Source: the human T2T-CHM13v2.0 reference genome, Homo sapiens
DNA length: 64,000 bases
Assembly (NCBI RefSeq): GCF_009914755.1
Contig: NC_060926.1
Reading direction: 5' to 3' (one strand)
The notes beneath the pieces are model-generated. The model had not been told where the DNA came from. It did no database searches and saw only the letters and a program-made list of their open reading frames with translations. The translations under genes and the position numbers were made by a program. Shown here piece by piece: positions 30,050-44,226 of this stretch (its first letter is position 1; each line of letters starts with the position of its first letter).

Positions 30050-30244
30050 TAATGTAAATTATTGTATAAAAATTTTTGAAAGATCTAAAACCATTTTGTA
30101 GGTATCTGAGGGTGCATGTACCATGTTTTAGAAAACTCCACATCAGAACATGTTACCCTTTTCTGTAGTTTTTTTTTCCTCCTTCCTTTCCTCTTTCCCT
30201 CACCTCATTCCTTCTCTCCCCTCTGCCCTTACTCTCCTCCCTCT

Positions 30245-31286
<1,042 letters not shown>

Positions 31287-32779
31287 TGGGTATGCAGGGC
31301 TTCTTATGCCACGAGAGCTTCCATTCGATTCCCAGTGCAGGGCTAACCCTCGGAGGACCAGACAGGGGAGGGACCTGGCTGGTACACCTAGAAGGTAGCT
31401 CTGGCTGCTGGGGAGAGCGTGGTCTGGAGGGTGCCTCTCCTGCCAGCCTCCAAAAGTCCTCCACCCTTGCCCCAAGCCAGTGAGGAGGCCTCGGGGGTAC
31501 TAGTCTTATTTAGGGATACTAGTTTATCCAACTTTCCAAATTCAATGTGTGTTCTGGGCTGGGCCTCTCACTCCGAGAATGGTTCTTGCTACTCGTGGAA
31601 ATTACTTCTGTTGCACTTCTCTGCCTTGATGTCCTCACGGCCCTCCCCACCCCGCCCCACCCCCCCCAACCCCCCCGCCCGCCGCCGCATTTCTCCTCGG
31701 CCCCCTGTGGCTCTTTGAAGCTTTCAGGACCCCTGCCTTGGAGCCTCCCAGCCACATTCACTGGCTCAGCCAAGCCCCTCCGTGTTAAAGTCCTCCTTGT
31801 CCTCGCCCTCTGGGACTGGATCTCCTCTGGCATTGGGCGGCTGCTTCTCCATCTCCTTTGCTACCCCTTTCTCCTGCTGCCCTCTTAGTGCCAACATTTT
31901 CATAGGTTGACTCAGTAGCATTTTCTCAGTGAGGCTTTTTTTTTTTTTTTTACAAAAAACTAAACCTTGTCCCCTTCCCTATCCACCTTTATCCTGCTCA
32001 GTTGATACCTGATAGCAGTTTCCACTTTCTAACCCACTATATATATTATGTATTATGTTTATTGTCTATTTCCTTCCACAAGACTGAGCTTCGTGAGGGC
32101 AGGAACGTTTTCCAGCTTATTTCTCAGACGCGTCCCAAGGGCTGAGAACAGTGCCAAGCACATTGTAGGAGCTATGTAACTGTTTGATAAAAAACAGAAA
32201 CAGCTCTTAGCTCTCTGTTCTTTCCATTTTATCACATATTTCAAAGTTAAATGCCTGCAAGAGCCCAGCAGGAGCTGTGGAAGGTGAACAGGACTGGGTG
32301 GGGCAGGGTAAACGGAGACCCCTCATGATCCCCCAGCAGCAACGAGGACTTCACCTCACCAGATCTGGCTTTCCAAGAGAAGCACGAAATCCAGATTTTT
32401 ATGTAAAAATCTCGAAACATTAAATGATTATAACTAGTTCAATTAAATGATTACAACTAGTTCAACTGAGAGCCAAGGAAAACTTTGACCTGGGTGCCTC
32501 TTGGGTGAATCTTTGATGGACCCCTTCAAGGAGCTCTTCTCAGCTCCTTGCTGGTGTCACTCGCGGGCCCCTGTTCGGCTCCTTCATGAATGGATTCTGG
32601 TCACCGCCTCTCTTGTTCCTCAGGCCTGGGCCCCGGGTCCTCTGGGTACCCTGTGCTCTCCCCTGCACAGCACTCTCCCACTTCCCACCCTGCACTCAGG
32701 GAGGGGTATCCCCAGCCAGACCCATCTTCCAGCCTCCATGCCTGTGTTTCCAGTTCCCTACTCACTTTCTCCCTTCAGC

Positions 32780-33700
32780 TGGCCAGGGGTCCCTCACATT
32801 CAGTATACTCCCAAACAGCTCTGGATGGTCCCCCTCAAATCTGCTCACTCTCAAATTCCTTGGTTCAGTAAATGGCACCCTGTCTTCCTTTCTAAACAGA
32901 CCAGAAATGGGGTGCAATCCCTCTCTCCCCATCACAGCTAGTCATCAAGTCCGTTCCCCCTGCTAACCTTTTCCATTTGAGTTACCTTTCTCCATCCTTC
33001 TCCCCACTATCCCCATTGGAGCCACCACCGCCTCTCCCTTGGTGAACTGCAGGACCTCCTAACGGGCAGCCCTTCTTGTCTCCTTCTCATCTCTGTACGT
33101 CTATCAGAGTGATCTCTTAGTGGGTGCAGCGCACCAGCATGGCACATGTATACATATGTAACTAACCTGCACAATGTGCACATGTACCCTAAAACTTAAA
33201 GTATATATAAAAAAAAAAAACTTCATGTACAAAAAAAAATAATAAAATGTTTGTTACGTGGAAAAAAAAAAAAAAGAATGCAAATCTAGCCATTTCGCGC
33301 CTCATCCCCTACTTAAAACTCATCACATTGTGATTAGATAAAGACCTTCTCTTCCACATAGCCTCCAGGGTTCTGCATCAGGCCCCGCCTCCCCCTCAGC
33401 CCTTCCCCGTCATCTGCTGGGCTCTGGCCATATTGGACCACTCTCCCCTGTGCCCTTTTTTCCTAGGTACATTCCTCCTTCAGGTCTCAGCCTAGGTGTT
33501 GCCTCTCAGGGAATGCTTTGCCAAGTTCCTTGCCCATCACACTGTCAGAGCCTGCTGTGCTTCTCTCAGGGAGTTCATCACAGTCTCAGCTAATTGATTC
33601 TCTGGCAGTTACGTGTTTCTTCTCAGCCTCCTTTACTCTTCTACATGCCCCGTGAGGGCAGGGACCGTGTCTCATCACTCACCACAGCACTTGGTACAGA
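32780..33700 (+). mobile_element. L2 fragment hosting the young L1 insertion
   Basis: cagagtgatct ... aatgcaaatct ... cttaaaactc and tccttcaggtctcagc ... gtgagggcagggaccgtgtct. Confidence 0.65.
33117..33275 (+). mobile_element. Severely 5'-truncated young L1 (L1PA2-like 3' end) with probable 3' transduction
   Basis: ttagtgggtgcagcgcaccagcatggcacatgtatacatatgtaactaacctgcacaatgtgcacatgtaccctaaaacttaaagtat matches the L1PA2/L1HS 3' UTR end; followed by A12, 41 nt of non-L1 sequence containing AATAAA, then A14. Confidence 0.9.
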
Positions 33701-34572
33701 ATGGAGACTCATGTGTGTGCAAAGGAAGGAGAGAAGGGATTTTCACCGATGAGTACAGGGCACCTGCTAGGCAAGGCATTCAGCGAGACTGTCTGCATCC
33801 AAAAATGGCTCCCAGCCTCTTCCATCCTGACCTTCCTACAGGAAAGCACTTTAGGAAGGGCACGTCACCCAGTGGGAAGGAGCCTTGCTTAGGGGGACTC
33901 TGTTGTCCAACTTTTCAAATTCTGTTTTGTTCAGTTTATATATTTAGGCCTTAAATATTTCATTATTTGCTTGCTGGTTTGATCACATGCTATTTTTTTA
34001 AAAAACACAAAGCATAAAATCAGATACAGTGAAAGGTCTCTGTCTCATCCTTGCTTCCATCTGCCCACCTCCCACACACTCTCTACTTATGTTTTGAGGC
34101 TTTTATATATCCTTCTGGAATTTCTTTAGGTATATACAAGCAATACAAATATAACTTCTTATTTCTTTTTCTGTGTTATACAATGGTAGGAATGCTGTAC
34201 ACGTATCTCATTTTCCTGTCGATGGTGTATCTTGCTTTTTCCACTCAGTGAGATCTTGCAACAGGCATATCTTCATTGGTTCTGCCTCTACTTACACTTT
34301 GGAGCTGCAACTCTGAATCACTGCAGAGGACTCTCTTGGGTAATTAACTTGGGGTGGACATGGGAGCTTTTGTCTCCTGATTCCCGGAGCCCCATCTCTT
34401 CCCAAGTCAGCTGAGTAACTAAAGGAAAACCTCAGCCGCACCCGAGTCCACCAGAACACCATGCCCAGCAGAGCTGGCCACCATCCCAGGCCCCAACACC
34501 AGCCCATCACACCTCCCTGTGAGTCCCCTGCCAGCATACCAGCTGAGCCCTTTTATTTTGGAGGCCTTAGAG

Positions 34573-34778
34573 CAGTGGCCTTTAACTAGGGGCAATTTTG
34601 TCCTGTTCCCTTAGACATTCAGTAATGTCTGGAGATATTTTTGGTGCTGCTGGCATGTAGCAGGTAGAGGCCATGGAGGCTGCTAAACTGCCTGCAATGC
34701 ACAGGACAGCTCCCCCCACCCACCCTGCAAAGAAGTATCCAGTCAAAAATGTTAATAGCATGAAGGCTGAGAAACCTT
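34573..34778. mobile_element. MER20 hAT-Charlie DNA transposon
   Basis: ggggcaattttgtcc ... aatgtctggagatattttt ... gctgctaaac ... gcacaggacagc ... gctgagaaacc. Confidence 0.8.
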
Positions 34779-36439
34779 AACCTACAGAGATCCAGAAGTT
34801 AGAAGTCGTGCCTAACCGGTTAACCAGTTCGTGAGGGTGAGACGTTCATGAGAAGAGCATCTTCCAACTGAGAAGAGCCTCTGGCTCAGGGGCAGCTTCT
34901 TAAGATGCCCAAACCTCTATGTGTATCCCTGACCCTGATACTTCCCCTCCCAGAAAAGGGAGGACGGGAGGAGCTGAGGAAGTGAGGAATCTACTACACC
35001 CTTGGCCTCAAAACACTTCATTTCCTCACACTGTCACTTGACTGCAGGGCCAGGCCAGGATTTCCATGACTCTAGCCACTGAGCTGTGTCTCCGAGGGCT
35101 ACTGCCTATGTGAAGGTGATGCAGAACTTTAGAGAAGGCCATTTGTATCATAGAAGTATGCAGTGCACAACCTGTGCAACAATAAGCGGCTGTGCCACAG
35201 TCTCCCTCCCTCAGTACTATGCCCTGAGGCCCAGCCTTTAGCCCCTCACTCCATCATCACAATTTGCTGAGTGTACAGTGGGAACCAGGCACTGAGCCAG
35301 GTTTGGGGCAGATAAGACAGATTCCTAAATCATAGAGCTCACCAAGGGGAAGAGATGTTTAGACAAATCATAATTTAAATAAACCAGAAGCCTGGGGTCT
35401 GAGATATCAACAGAGGAGGGAATGTGGGGAGGCTTCACAGAGGAGGTAGCATTTTGACTAGTTCCTAGAGGAGGCCTAGGGACTGGAGAGGGACATTCAA
35501 CCAGAGGGAAGAAAGAATGCAAAAGGACAGCAAGGTAGACAGGGTTCAGGCTGAGGAGCTCCTGTGTGCCAAACTAAGGAGTATGGACTTCATGGTGGGG
35601 GCCATCCAAGGTGTTAAAGTGGGGGTCACCTTGCTGACTTGTAGATGAGAAAGATGAGGTGCACTGGTACCATTCCTGACTCACACCTACTCTCCACCCC
35701 TTTCACTCTTTATCTGGGGCTGCCCCCTCCAATCGCATTGAACTCGAGGCCAGGTGCTTTGGTTCCAAGGGCATCAGGCAAGAAATAGTTAGAGGCTCTC
35801 TCCCTTGCTGATGAAGCCTGAAATTCTACCAAAGATGTATTCCTTTGGATTACAGTTTATTCTCTCAAGTTCCTCTGTTTAGATAGATATTCAGCCTTCA
35901 CACTATGAAATGTGACATTTTGTCTCTAACACTCATGCACATACAATACATACATGCCATTATTTCGGGTAGCTATCAGAAATATTTCCACCTACTGGCA
36001 CTTTTTTTCCCCAAGGTTTTATTGGTATACGTGTGCTCAATTAAATTAACGTTTACCCTCAGGACTGACTCATTTAATAGGAATAACAAGTTCACCTGGG
36101 TGTGTAGGGATCGCCAGACACCACCCAGAAAATATAAAACACATCAATGTGATTTTCACCTACAAGCATTGAAAAGGAATAAGCCTTTCTTTTTCTTGTT
36201 TTTTATCTTTTGACCTTCATGGGCATTTTGTGTCAAGATTGCAAATTCAAACATAAAAACAGTGGAGAGGGGCTGGGTCCAGGAACAGGAAAGGAGCTGG
36301 AGGAGGCATTAGTACATTTGATCATTTACCTGGTCCTTATTCCTTATCTCAAAAAGGACTGTTGACCCCTCCATGTAAATGAGTTTATCAGACCTCAGTC
36401 TCCCTGATGAGAAGACCTGAGAATCTGAGGGGGATCACA

Positions 36440-36640
36440 GAGTCAGTAAGAGCCAGAGTGCATAATCCCAGCTTGGTCCCTTACTAGCTGGGTGACTTTG
36501 GCCAAATTAGCTGACCTCTGTGTGCTTCTAGTGCCTCGTTTATAATATAGAGACAATGATAGTACCTCGTAGGGCATTAGGATGAAATGAGTTGATACAT
36601 GTACCATGTCTAGAATGGTGTCTGGGACATAGTCAATTCT
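36440..36640 (+). mobile_element. MIR SINE
   Basis: aatcccagct ... cttactagctgggtgactttggcc ... acctctgtgtgcttc ... aatgatagtacctc. Confidence 0.75.
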
Positions 36641-36752
36641 ATGTAAGAGTTAAAGAAAACCCAACAGATGTGGCCCTTGAAAGTGCAAAGAACAGACTTG
36701 GGAGGCGATGCTGAAGATGCTGCTTTGGCTGACCTCCATCTGTCCCTTATAG

Positions 36753-37058
<306 letters not shown>

Positions 37059-40000
37059 TAAAAATGACAAAGACCAGAGGTGGCTGAGGCTCTCCCTAAG
37101 ACAATGTCTTTAGGCCCCAAGTGTTTACTATTGAAAACATGTAACCTACTACAGCAGCACCCAAGATGATGATTTACGTGGGCCACAGAACACCTTTTGT
37201 CTTTACAGAGATTCAATTTATTTATTTTGATTGAAAATGACAAATGATACTAGTTTTCCATGTATGGTAGAGACATAAGGTTTCTTTATGAAGAACTGGG
37301 TTTGTTTTCTAAATGGGTCAGTTTAAAGGAAAATATTAACTAAATAATAGCCGTGGTCATTCCGTGGAACTAGCACAGAGCATGAAGCTGGGATTCACTG
37401 ACTGGCAGCAGGAAGGATGGTGCTGGGGGGAGCTTCTGGGAGGCCCACTGCGTAAAAGTGCATTTCTGTGAGATACCCTCTCCCTTCTCTGCCGCACTCT
37501 CCCTTCTGCCTTCCAGATTCTCAGGCCTGCTGTGATGCCAGTTGGAGGGGGCATGTAACACAGGGCAGTTGAAGCTCAGAGCTTTCAGTCTGGGCTCGAC
37601 TCACAAAATAAAGACCACGTCCTGGCAGTGGCCTTCTGCTGGAATGGGGCGAGGGTCATGTTGCAGTCCTTAAAGTTACAGCATGTGTTATCTTAATTCT
37701 GTTGTGTTGTAGCCCGTTGAAGCAATCAATCATTCAGACTGAAAATTGAGGTAGCCGGCTGGCAGGCTTGCTGGGAGGTGAAGGGGGTGTGCAATGTAAG
37801 AGTTTATTAGGCAGGAGCCCCAGTGCTGTGGGGCTGTGGAACTGGGGTCCCAGGCAGGGAGGATTTGCCATCAGGCAGTCAGCCCTCAGTCACCCAGCAT
37901 ACTGTCAGATGAGCTCCTGCTCCCCTTCTCCAAGTGCAGAAAAGACCTTCCTGTGCCTTGTGAACCATCAGAGAGGAATTCCGTTCTATTCAAGGAGATT
38001 TTCTGGGGAGCCGTTATTGACAATGTTGTGATTCTCAGAAATCTTCCACGGTGGGAGTGGGAGTGGGGGTGGGGGATAGTGTCAGTGGACGGGTGTGGTC
38101 CAGGCCTCAACCAGACTCGAGCACGTGGGGTTGAACATCCCCGGATGCTTGGTCCCGTTACCACTCCTCATTCGCTTCCTCCTTTGGTTTTCATGTTTTC
38201 ACTGGATAGCACAAGCTTGGGACAGCCCAGATTTAGGTTCACCTTCTTTCTTTGTAAATATCACTTCCTCTTCAGCCCATCTCCACCACAGCTCCAGGCC
38301 CACCATTCCAAGCCAGGAGGGCGTAGACTCTAAGCTCCCTGGGTTAACTGTCCCCTGCTGCCACAGGGCTCCCTGCACATGCCAGCCTGCCCCATTGCTG
38401 GGGGCTGAGGGCCTCTGCCAGTCACCTTTAAGGAAAGGATTAACTGTGCCCCTGGTAAAATAGGGGAAGTAGGACCCCAGAGGCCTAAAAAAGGAGGAGG
38501 AGAAACTAAAGGCTCAGATGGTAGGGTGAATTTTAACTTCTATTTAATCTAAGTTAATCAACCCAAAGAAAAATTAGAAGTAGTGCTAAGTGAAGAATCG
38601 AGGCCCAACTAACAGAAACACAGGATGAGACTGAAGCTGAGGGGATTATCAGTGCAGGGCTACAAGATGACTTAAACTCGAGTCTCCAGGTCTCAGCAAA
38701 ACCACATTAAACCAGGCTTATGGAGCACCAGGCCCCAGCTGTACTGGCAGAGACGGAGGAGCAGCCCCTTCCTGCTTGGGGAAGAGTGGGGAGGACAAGT
38801 GAAGCCCAGGGGGAACCATCAGCAAGGGGTGTGAGGAGAGAGAGGGTCTGGGGTGTGGCAGAGGAAGCCAGGGGGTTTTTATTGAGAGGCCACGAGGTGG
38901 GAAGGAAGTAGGGAAGAACCTTAATCATAAAAGGCACAGAGGAGGTTTTAGAGTGTGGATTCTTGAAGAATCGTCTCTCCCTGAGGTATAGCAGCTTCCA
39001 GAACACTGCCAAAGCCCTTCCCGTCACAGGAATCCCTCACTGGGACTCCCAACTTTTAGTTTGAGACTTTGAGCCAATGAAAGTGCAGGCCTTCTGAGAG
39101 GCATCCCTCTTTGAGCAGCACATGGCAGGAAGGGTATGAAGAACAGGGGTGAGGTGAACAGGTGTGGGTCTGAGGGATGGGGAAAAACCTAGACAGAAAG
39201 GAAGAGAGGGAAGGACAAACCGGGAGGGAGGCAGGCACGTGACTTACTCCACTAACACGCAGGCATTGCCTTGCCTCAGACAGGCAGGGAGCCCCTTAAA
39301 GCTCTCCCTGGCCAGAAGTGAAGGTGTTCCTGTGGGCAGGGGTATGAGGGGGTCTGGGAGCCAGCAGGAGGAAATATGTCCCTGGGTCAGGGGTCAGGCA
39401 GGAGTCCACCTCTGCCTGGATGTCTAGAGCAAAAGGGACCTGTGCTTTCTGTCCTTGGGCCTCTTGGGAGCTCCCCCTTGGGACTAAAGAGCCAGAAAGA
39501 CCCTGTTTGCTTTCTTTTGCCTGGAGGGTCAAGGAAGCTTTCAGGGTCCTTATCACCCCCTGAGAGGATGGCAAAGAGAAAGGATGGGGCTGTCCAGGAG
39601 CTCCCACCGATTTCAAAACTGCCTCAGTCAGACTTCTTAAAGACTGACTTCATCGTTGCCTTGAAGTGATCTCCTGTGCATGTTCCCACTCTCCCTGCCT
39701 CCCCAGACCTTCAGAGTTAACCTCAATGCTCAGTGCTGTGGAGGGGGGCGGGGTCAGGGGAGAGGGTATTGATTAGGTAGGTTTGAATTCAGTTGGGAGG
39801 AGAGAATTAGAACATCTGGAAAAAGGAAGGCTAAAACGGAAAGCTGACGTTGTGTAAGAGGTGTTTCTGGCCACACTTTGAGCTGAGTAATGTTGATCCT
39901 TAGAGAGTTCTCAGCTGCAGGTCTTTAAAGACTTCTTCAAGTTATTTAAATGTCTGACATTTACAACCTTGGCACTAGAGATTTCTCTCAGGAGAAATAC

Positions 40001-40395
40001 CAAAATTGGGGAAAAAAAATAAACGAGAGTGGTCCACATCTAGTTAGCAGGTTGGAAAAGTGACCCAAATCTGTCCCTAAATCAAAAGCTCTTTTCTGAA
40101 AAATGTCAATGGCACCAGCCCGAGTCATCCGTGGGCTTGTGTAGAAAAAGCAGAAATAAATAAAGCCCAAGGATTAAAGCCCATGGCAGTGATGCACATA
40201 CTGCATTTCTCATCTCAGAAAGCCTCAAAAGACTAGTGGGAAAACTCACTTGAGGTTTTCATACGCCATCGCGCCCCTGTAACCAACTCAGGGTTGACCC
40301 CGGGGATGTGGGTGCCTGCCTAGCTCAGGTACCAGCAGTGAGGACAACTCTGTGCTGCATAAGCAGAGTCAGCCTTACCACAGGCAAAACAGATG

Positions 40396-41192
40396 GCCAC
40401 CCACAGAGGCCACTGGAGAGCCATGGGGAAGTGGAGGGGCACCCCACAGAGGGCACTGAGAGACACAGGGAAGCTGAGGTGCATCCCCATAGAGGCCACT
40501 GAGAGCCATGGGGAAGCTGAGGTGCACCCCACAGAGGCCACTGAGAGCCACGGGGAAGTTGAGCTTCATCCCCACAGAGGCCACTGAGAGACACGGGGAA
40601 GCTGAGGCACTCCCCACAGAGGCCACTAAGAGACACAGGGAAGCTGAGGCACACCCCACAGAGGCCACTGAGAGACACGGGGAAGCTGAGCTTCATCCCC
40701 ACAGAGGCCACTGAGAGACACGGGGAAGCTGAGGCACTCCCCACAGAGGCCACTAAGAGACACAGGGAAGCTGAGGCACACCCCACAGAGGCCACTGAGA
40801 GACACGGGGAAGCTGAGCTTCATCCCCACAGAGGCCACTGAGAGACACAGGGAAGCTGAGGCACACCCCACAGAGGCCACTGAGAGACACGGGGAAGCTG
40901 AGGCACACCCCACAGAGGCCACTGAGAGACATGGGGAAGCTTAGGCGTACCCCACAGAGGCCACGGGAAAGGTGAGGTGCACACCACAGAGGCCACTGAG
41001 AGACATGGGGAAGCTGAGGCACACCCCACGGAGGCCACTGAGAGACACAGGGAAGCTGAGGTGCACCCCACAGAGGCCACGGGAAAGGTGAGGTGCACCC
41101 CACAGAGGCCACTGAGAGACACAGGGAAGCTGAGGCGCACCCCACAGAGGCCACTGAGAGACACGGGGAAGCTGAGGTGCACCCCACAGAGG
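40396..41192. repeat. Minisatellite/VNTR, ~42-bp unit cccacagaggccactgagagacacggggaagctgaggcac(a/t)c, about 19-20 copies
   Basis: Directly visible tandem array; ORF-track peptides repeat every 14 aa (HPTEATERHGEAEA). Confidence 0.97.
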
Positions 41193-43909
41193 TTGTGGTG
41201 AGGTGGCTTCTATTCAGGGGGCAGATTGCCATCACAAGACAGGATTTCCTTGGGCTTAAGGTATCAAATAACTTGAGGACATGTGAGATGCCTTCCTAGC
41301 AGAGCTGGGAAAGAAAGGGCTTTGACAGAGGGAAGAGGGAAAACTGGTTTAGATCCCGACATTGGGAAAAAACCTCCAAGTTACTGGATCACAAGCAGCC
41401 AGGGACAATGTGCAGTTGTTGGTCCTGGGTCTTTGACAGACTCCAGGTCAAAGGCAAGACACTGTGAGAAGGGAAACGATCAAGTCTGTGAGCAAACACC
41501 ATCAGCCTTGCAATTTGATGGTGGCCTCAAGGAGACATTGGGCGTGTGTTTAAACAAGCAAGGAAGGCAGCTGTACAAGTGCCCTAATCTGGTAAAACTG
41601 AATACCTCCAAGGTGACTCAGTCAAGTGCCTGAAGCCCCTGAGGGAGCTCCAGGTTTCCTCTGTCGTGTGTTACCTCCACTTGCTTCCAAGCCATGCCCT
41701 TTTGGCATCATACTAGAATGACACCAGTCTCCAGAAACCTGAATTACCCCACTCCTCAGCTGGCCATACTGAATCTGGGTGACCCGGGGCGGGGGGTGCC
41801 CTGCCTGTCTGATACAAGGAGGACCTGGTTTTGTCAGGTGGTTGGTGCTGGAGGTGAGGCTGGGAGAGGTCATGTCACTTACAAGAGCCAGGATGCAGTG
41901 GCATATTTTTGCAGAGCTCCTGACCCTCTCCACTCTCACTACAAGGACAGAGCCCCTTCGTGGAAGAACCTGCCAGGCACAACAAGGCTGTACTCTGCCC
42001 AGGCTGGCTCGCTAGAGGCTGGGGACCCCTGGGTCACCACCACAGAGGCCGAGGATGCAACAGCACAACAGCTTTCAGGCCTGACTTCCATTCCTGCACA
42101 GGAAGCCTCGCCCCTCTGAAGCTATCACCAAGGAGATTGTCCAGATTCATAGCTGGAATTTGGCCTCTGGTCAGGTTCCATCACATACCTCAGTTGGCTT
42201 CTATTCCCCCCAGGCTTTTGCCTTCTTGAGATGTCTGCTAAGCTGAGATTTCTGCTCCCCCGGCTCCTAAGCCTCCCTTGTCTAACCCCTGCCCTGACTC
42301 ACCAGCTGTCACTAGTCCAACTGGGTTTCCTGACTACAGGCCAACATCCCTTTGTACTAACCCCCACCCAGTGCAGTTTTCAGTGGCCTCTGCTTCAGCG
42401 TGGAGACTTTCCTGTCTTTCGTTCTCTCAGCTCTCTTACGTACTCTCCCTCCTCCACTTTCCCTTTTGTATTCCTCTTGTTCACCCTCTGTCCACCCACA
42501 TAATGAACTGAGTTTGTGCAAGTGATGTGCCATCAACACCAAACCAAAGACTTTGCACCATCATGTACTCAAGTCAATTTTCCGGGGGTGGCTTGCTTCA
42601 GAGCAAGGACACACAGTGGGGGGCTGTTTGGTGGCAAATACTCCAGCACTGAGGGGTTGGGGAGACAGGAAAGCCAGCAAGGCTGGAGCCAAAGCCTTCG
42701 ATGCTGGAGAAAATCTCCAACCCTAGAATTCACTGGTCTATCCCATTGGGGATTTCATCCCAAGATGATGGCCTTGTCTAATTGCCAATAACAGTAGCAC
42801 ATTTCGCTTTTGTGTTACTGATGGGCTTGCCTTCTCTGGGGACTGGAGGGGCAGAGCGATGTGTTTGGTGTGGTTGAAGGGCATCATCTGACCTTGCAGA
42901 TCTTGGGGATGTTCTGCTCACTCCTGGCTTCTCCGCTGTGTACCCATTCCTTCCCCTCAAAAGCGTTCAGCTCTGAGACTCTGGCTCCCAGGGCTTCAGC
43001 ACTGGAATGGGGGGAAGCCAGCGTAGGAGGGAGAGATTTGCCTCCCCAGAAACCTAGTTGTCCTCAGTGAAAGCCAGAGGCAATGAGGGAAATGCTGGCC
43101 AAGTAAACTTCTCTTTGTGTACATGTTCTCTTTTTTCAAGTTTGCTTCAGTGTGAATGTCCCTCTTTAAGGTAAGGCCTCCAGAGTGGGGAGTCTCTCCA
43201 GGTAGGTGAGCCCTCAGGCCCGGTGACATAGAGGCCCCTCTCAACCTCATGATCCGTTTCCATCCAGCCATCCGCGCTGCATGGCGGGACCCCCGAGGGA
43301 GGCCTCTCCTGCATGCTCCTGCATGACTGGGCTGTGCTGAGAGAAAACCTGGGAAGTGGGCTCGAGACCCGCACACTTCACCAACTTAGCGACCTGAGGA
43401 GGAGCCCTGTTGAACAGGCAGCCCCTTCCCCTGAAGCCAGCCCACCTGCCTAGGGACCACCTGATAACATGGGTTGTGATGATGGAGGCCAGTCATGACA
43501 CCATCCTCATCCTCTGTTCTGGCAGAGCTGGGGCAGGAGCAAGGCTGAGTTCTGCAGCCCCTCACGAGGACATCCCCCTGGACTGTGTCCACCACATCCA
43601 AGCGGCTTACCATCCAAGAGGCTACAAGAGCCCTCCAAGAGCCAGGACTCTGATCCAGGGCTGGAGGGCATGGGAAAAGTCCAGAAACCTGTTTTTGGTG
43701 GTTGACCCAGCGGGTGGCATGGTACAGTGGACAGGATACTGGCTTTGACTTCTGAGAGACTTGGGTTGGAAGAAAATTGCTCTCACAGGAAAGCCATGTG
43801 ACACTCAGAATTCACCTCACCCCTGGACCTCTGGCTTCCTTGAGCCTCCTTATCTGTAAAATTGGGATACTATGAGAATTCTTCACTCATGGAATTATTA
43901 ACAGGAATA

Positions 43910-44226
<317 letters not shown>

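Noticed and set aside
40308-41299. Many repetitive ORFs on both strands, and a superficially CRISPR-like array
   Set aside because: These are translations of the 42-bp VNTR; units are contiguous without unique spacers, and this is human DNA with no cas genes
43200-43400. Local CpG enrichment as a possible internal or antisense promoter
   Set aside because: Too short and too CpG-sparse for a CpG island; no core promoter evidence in the sequence
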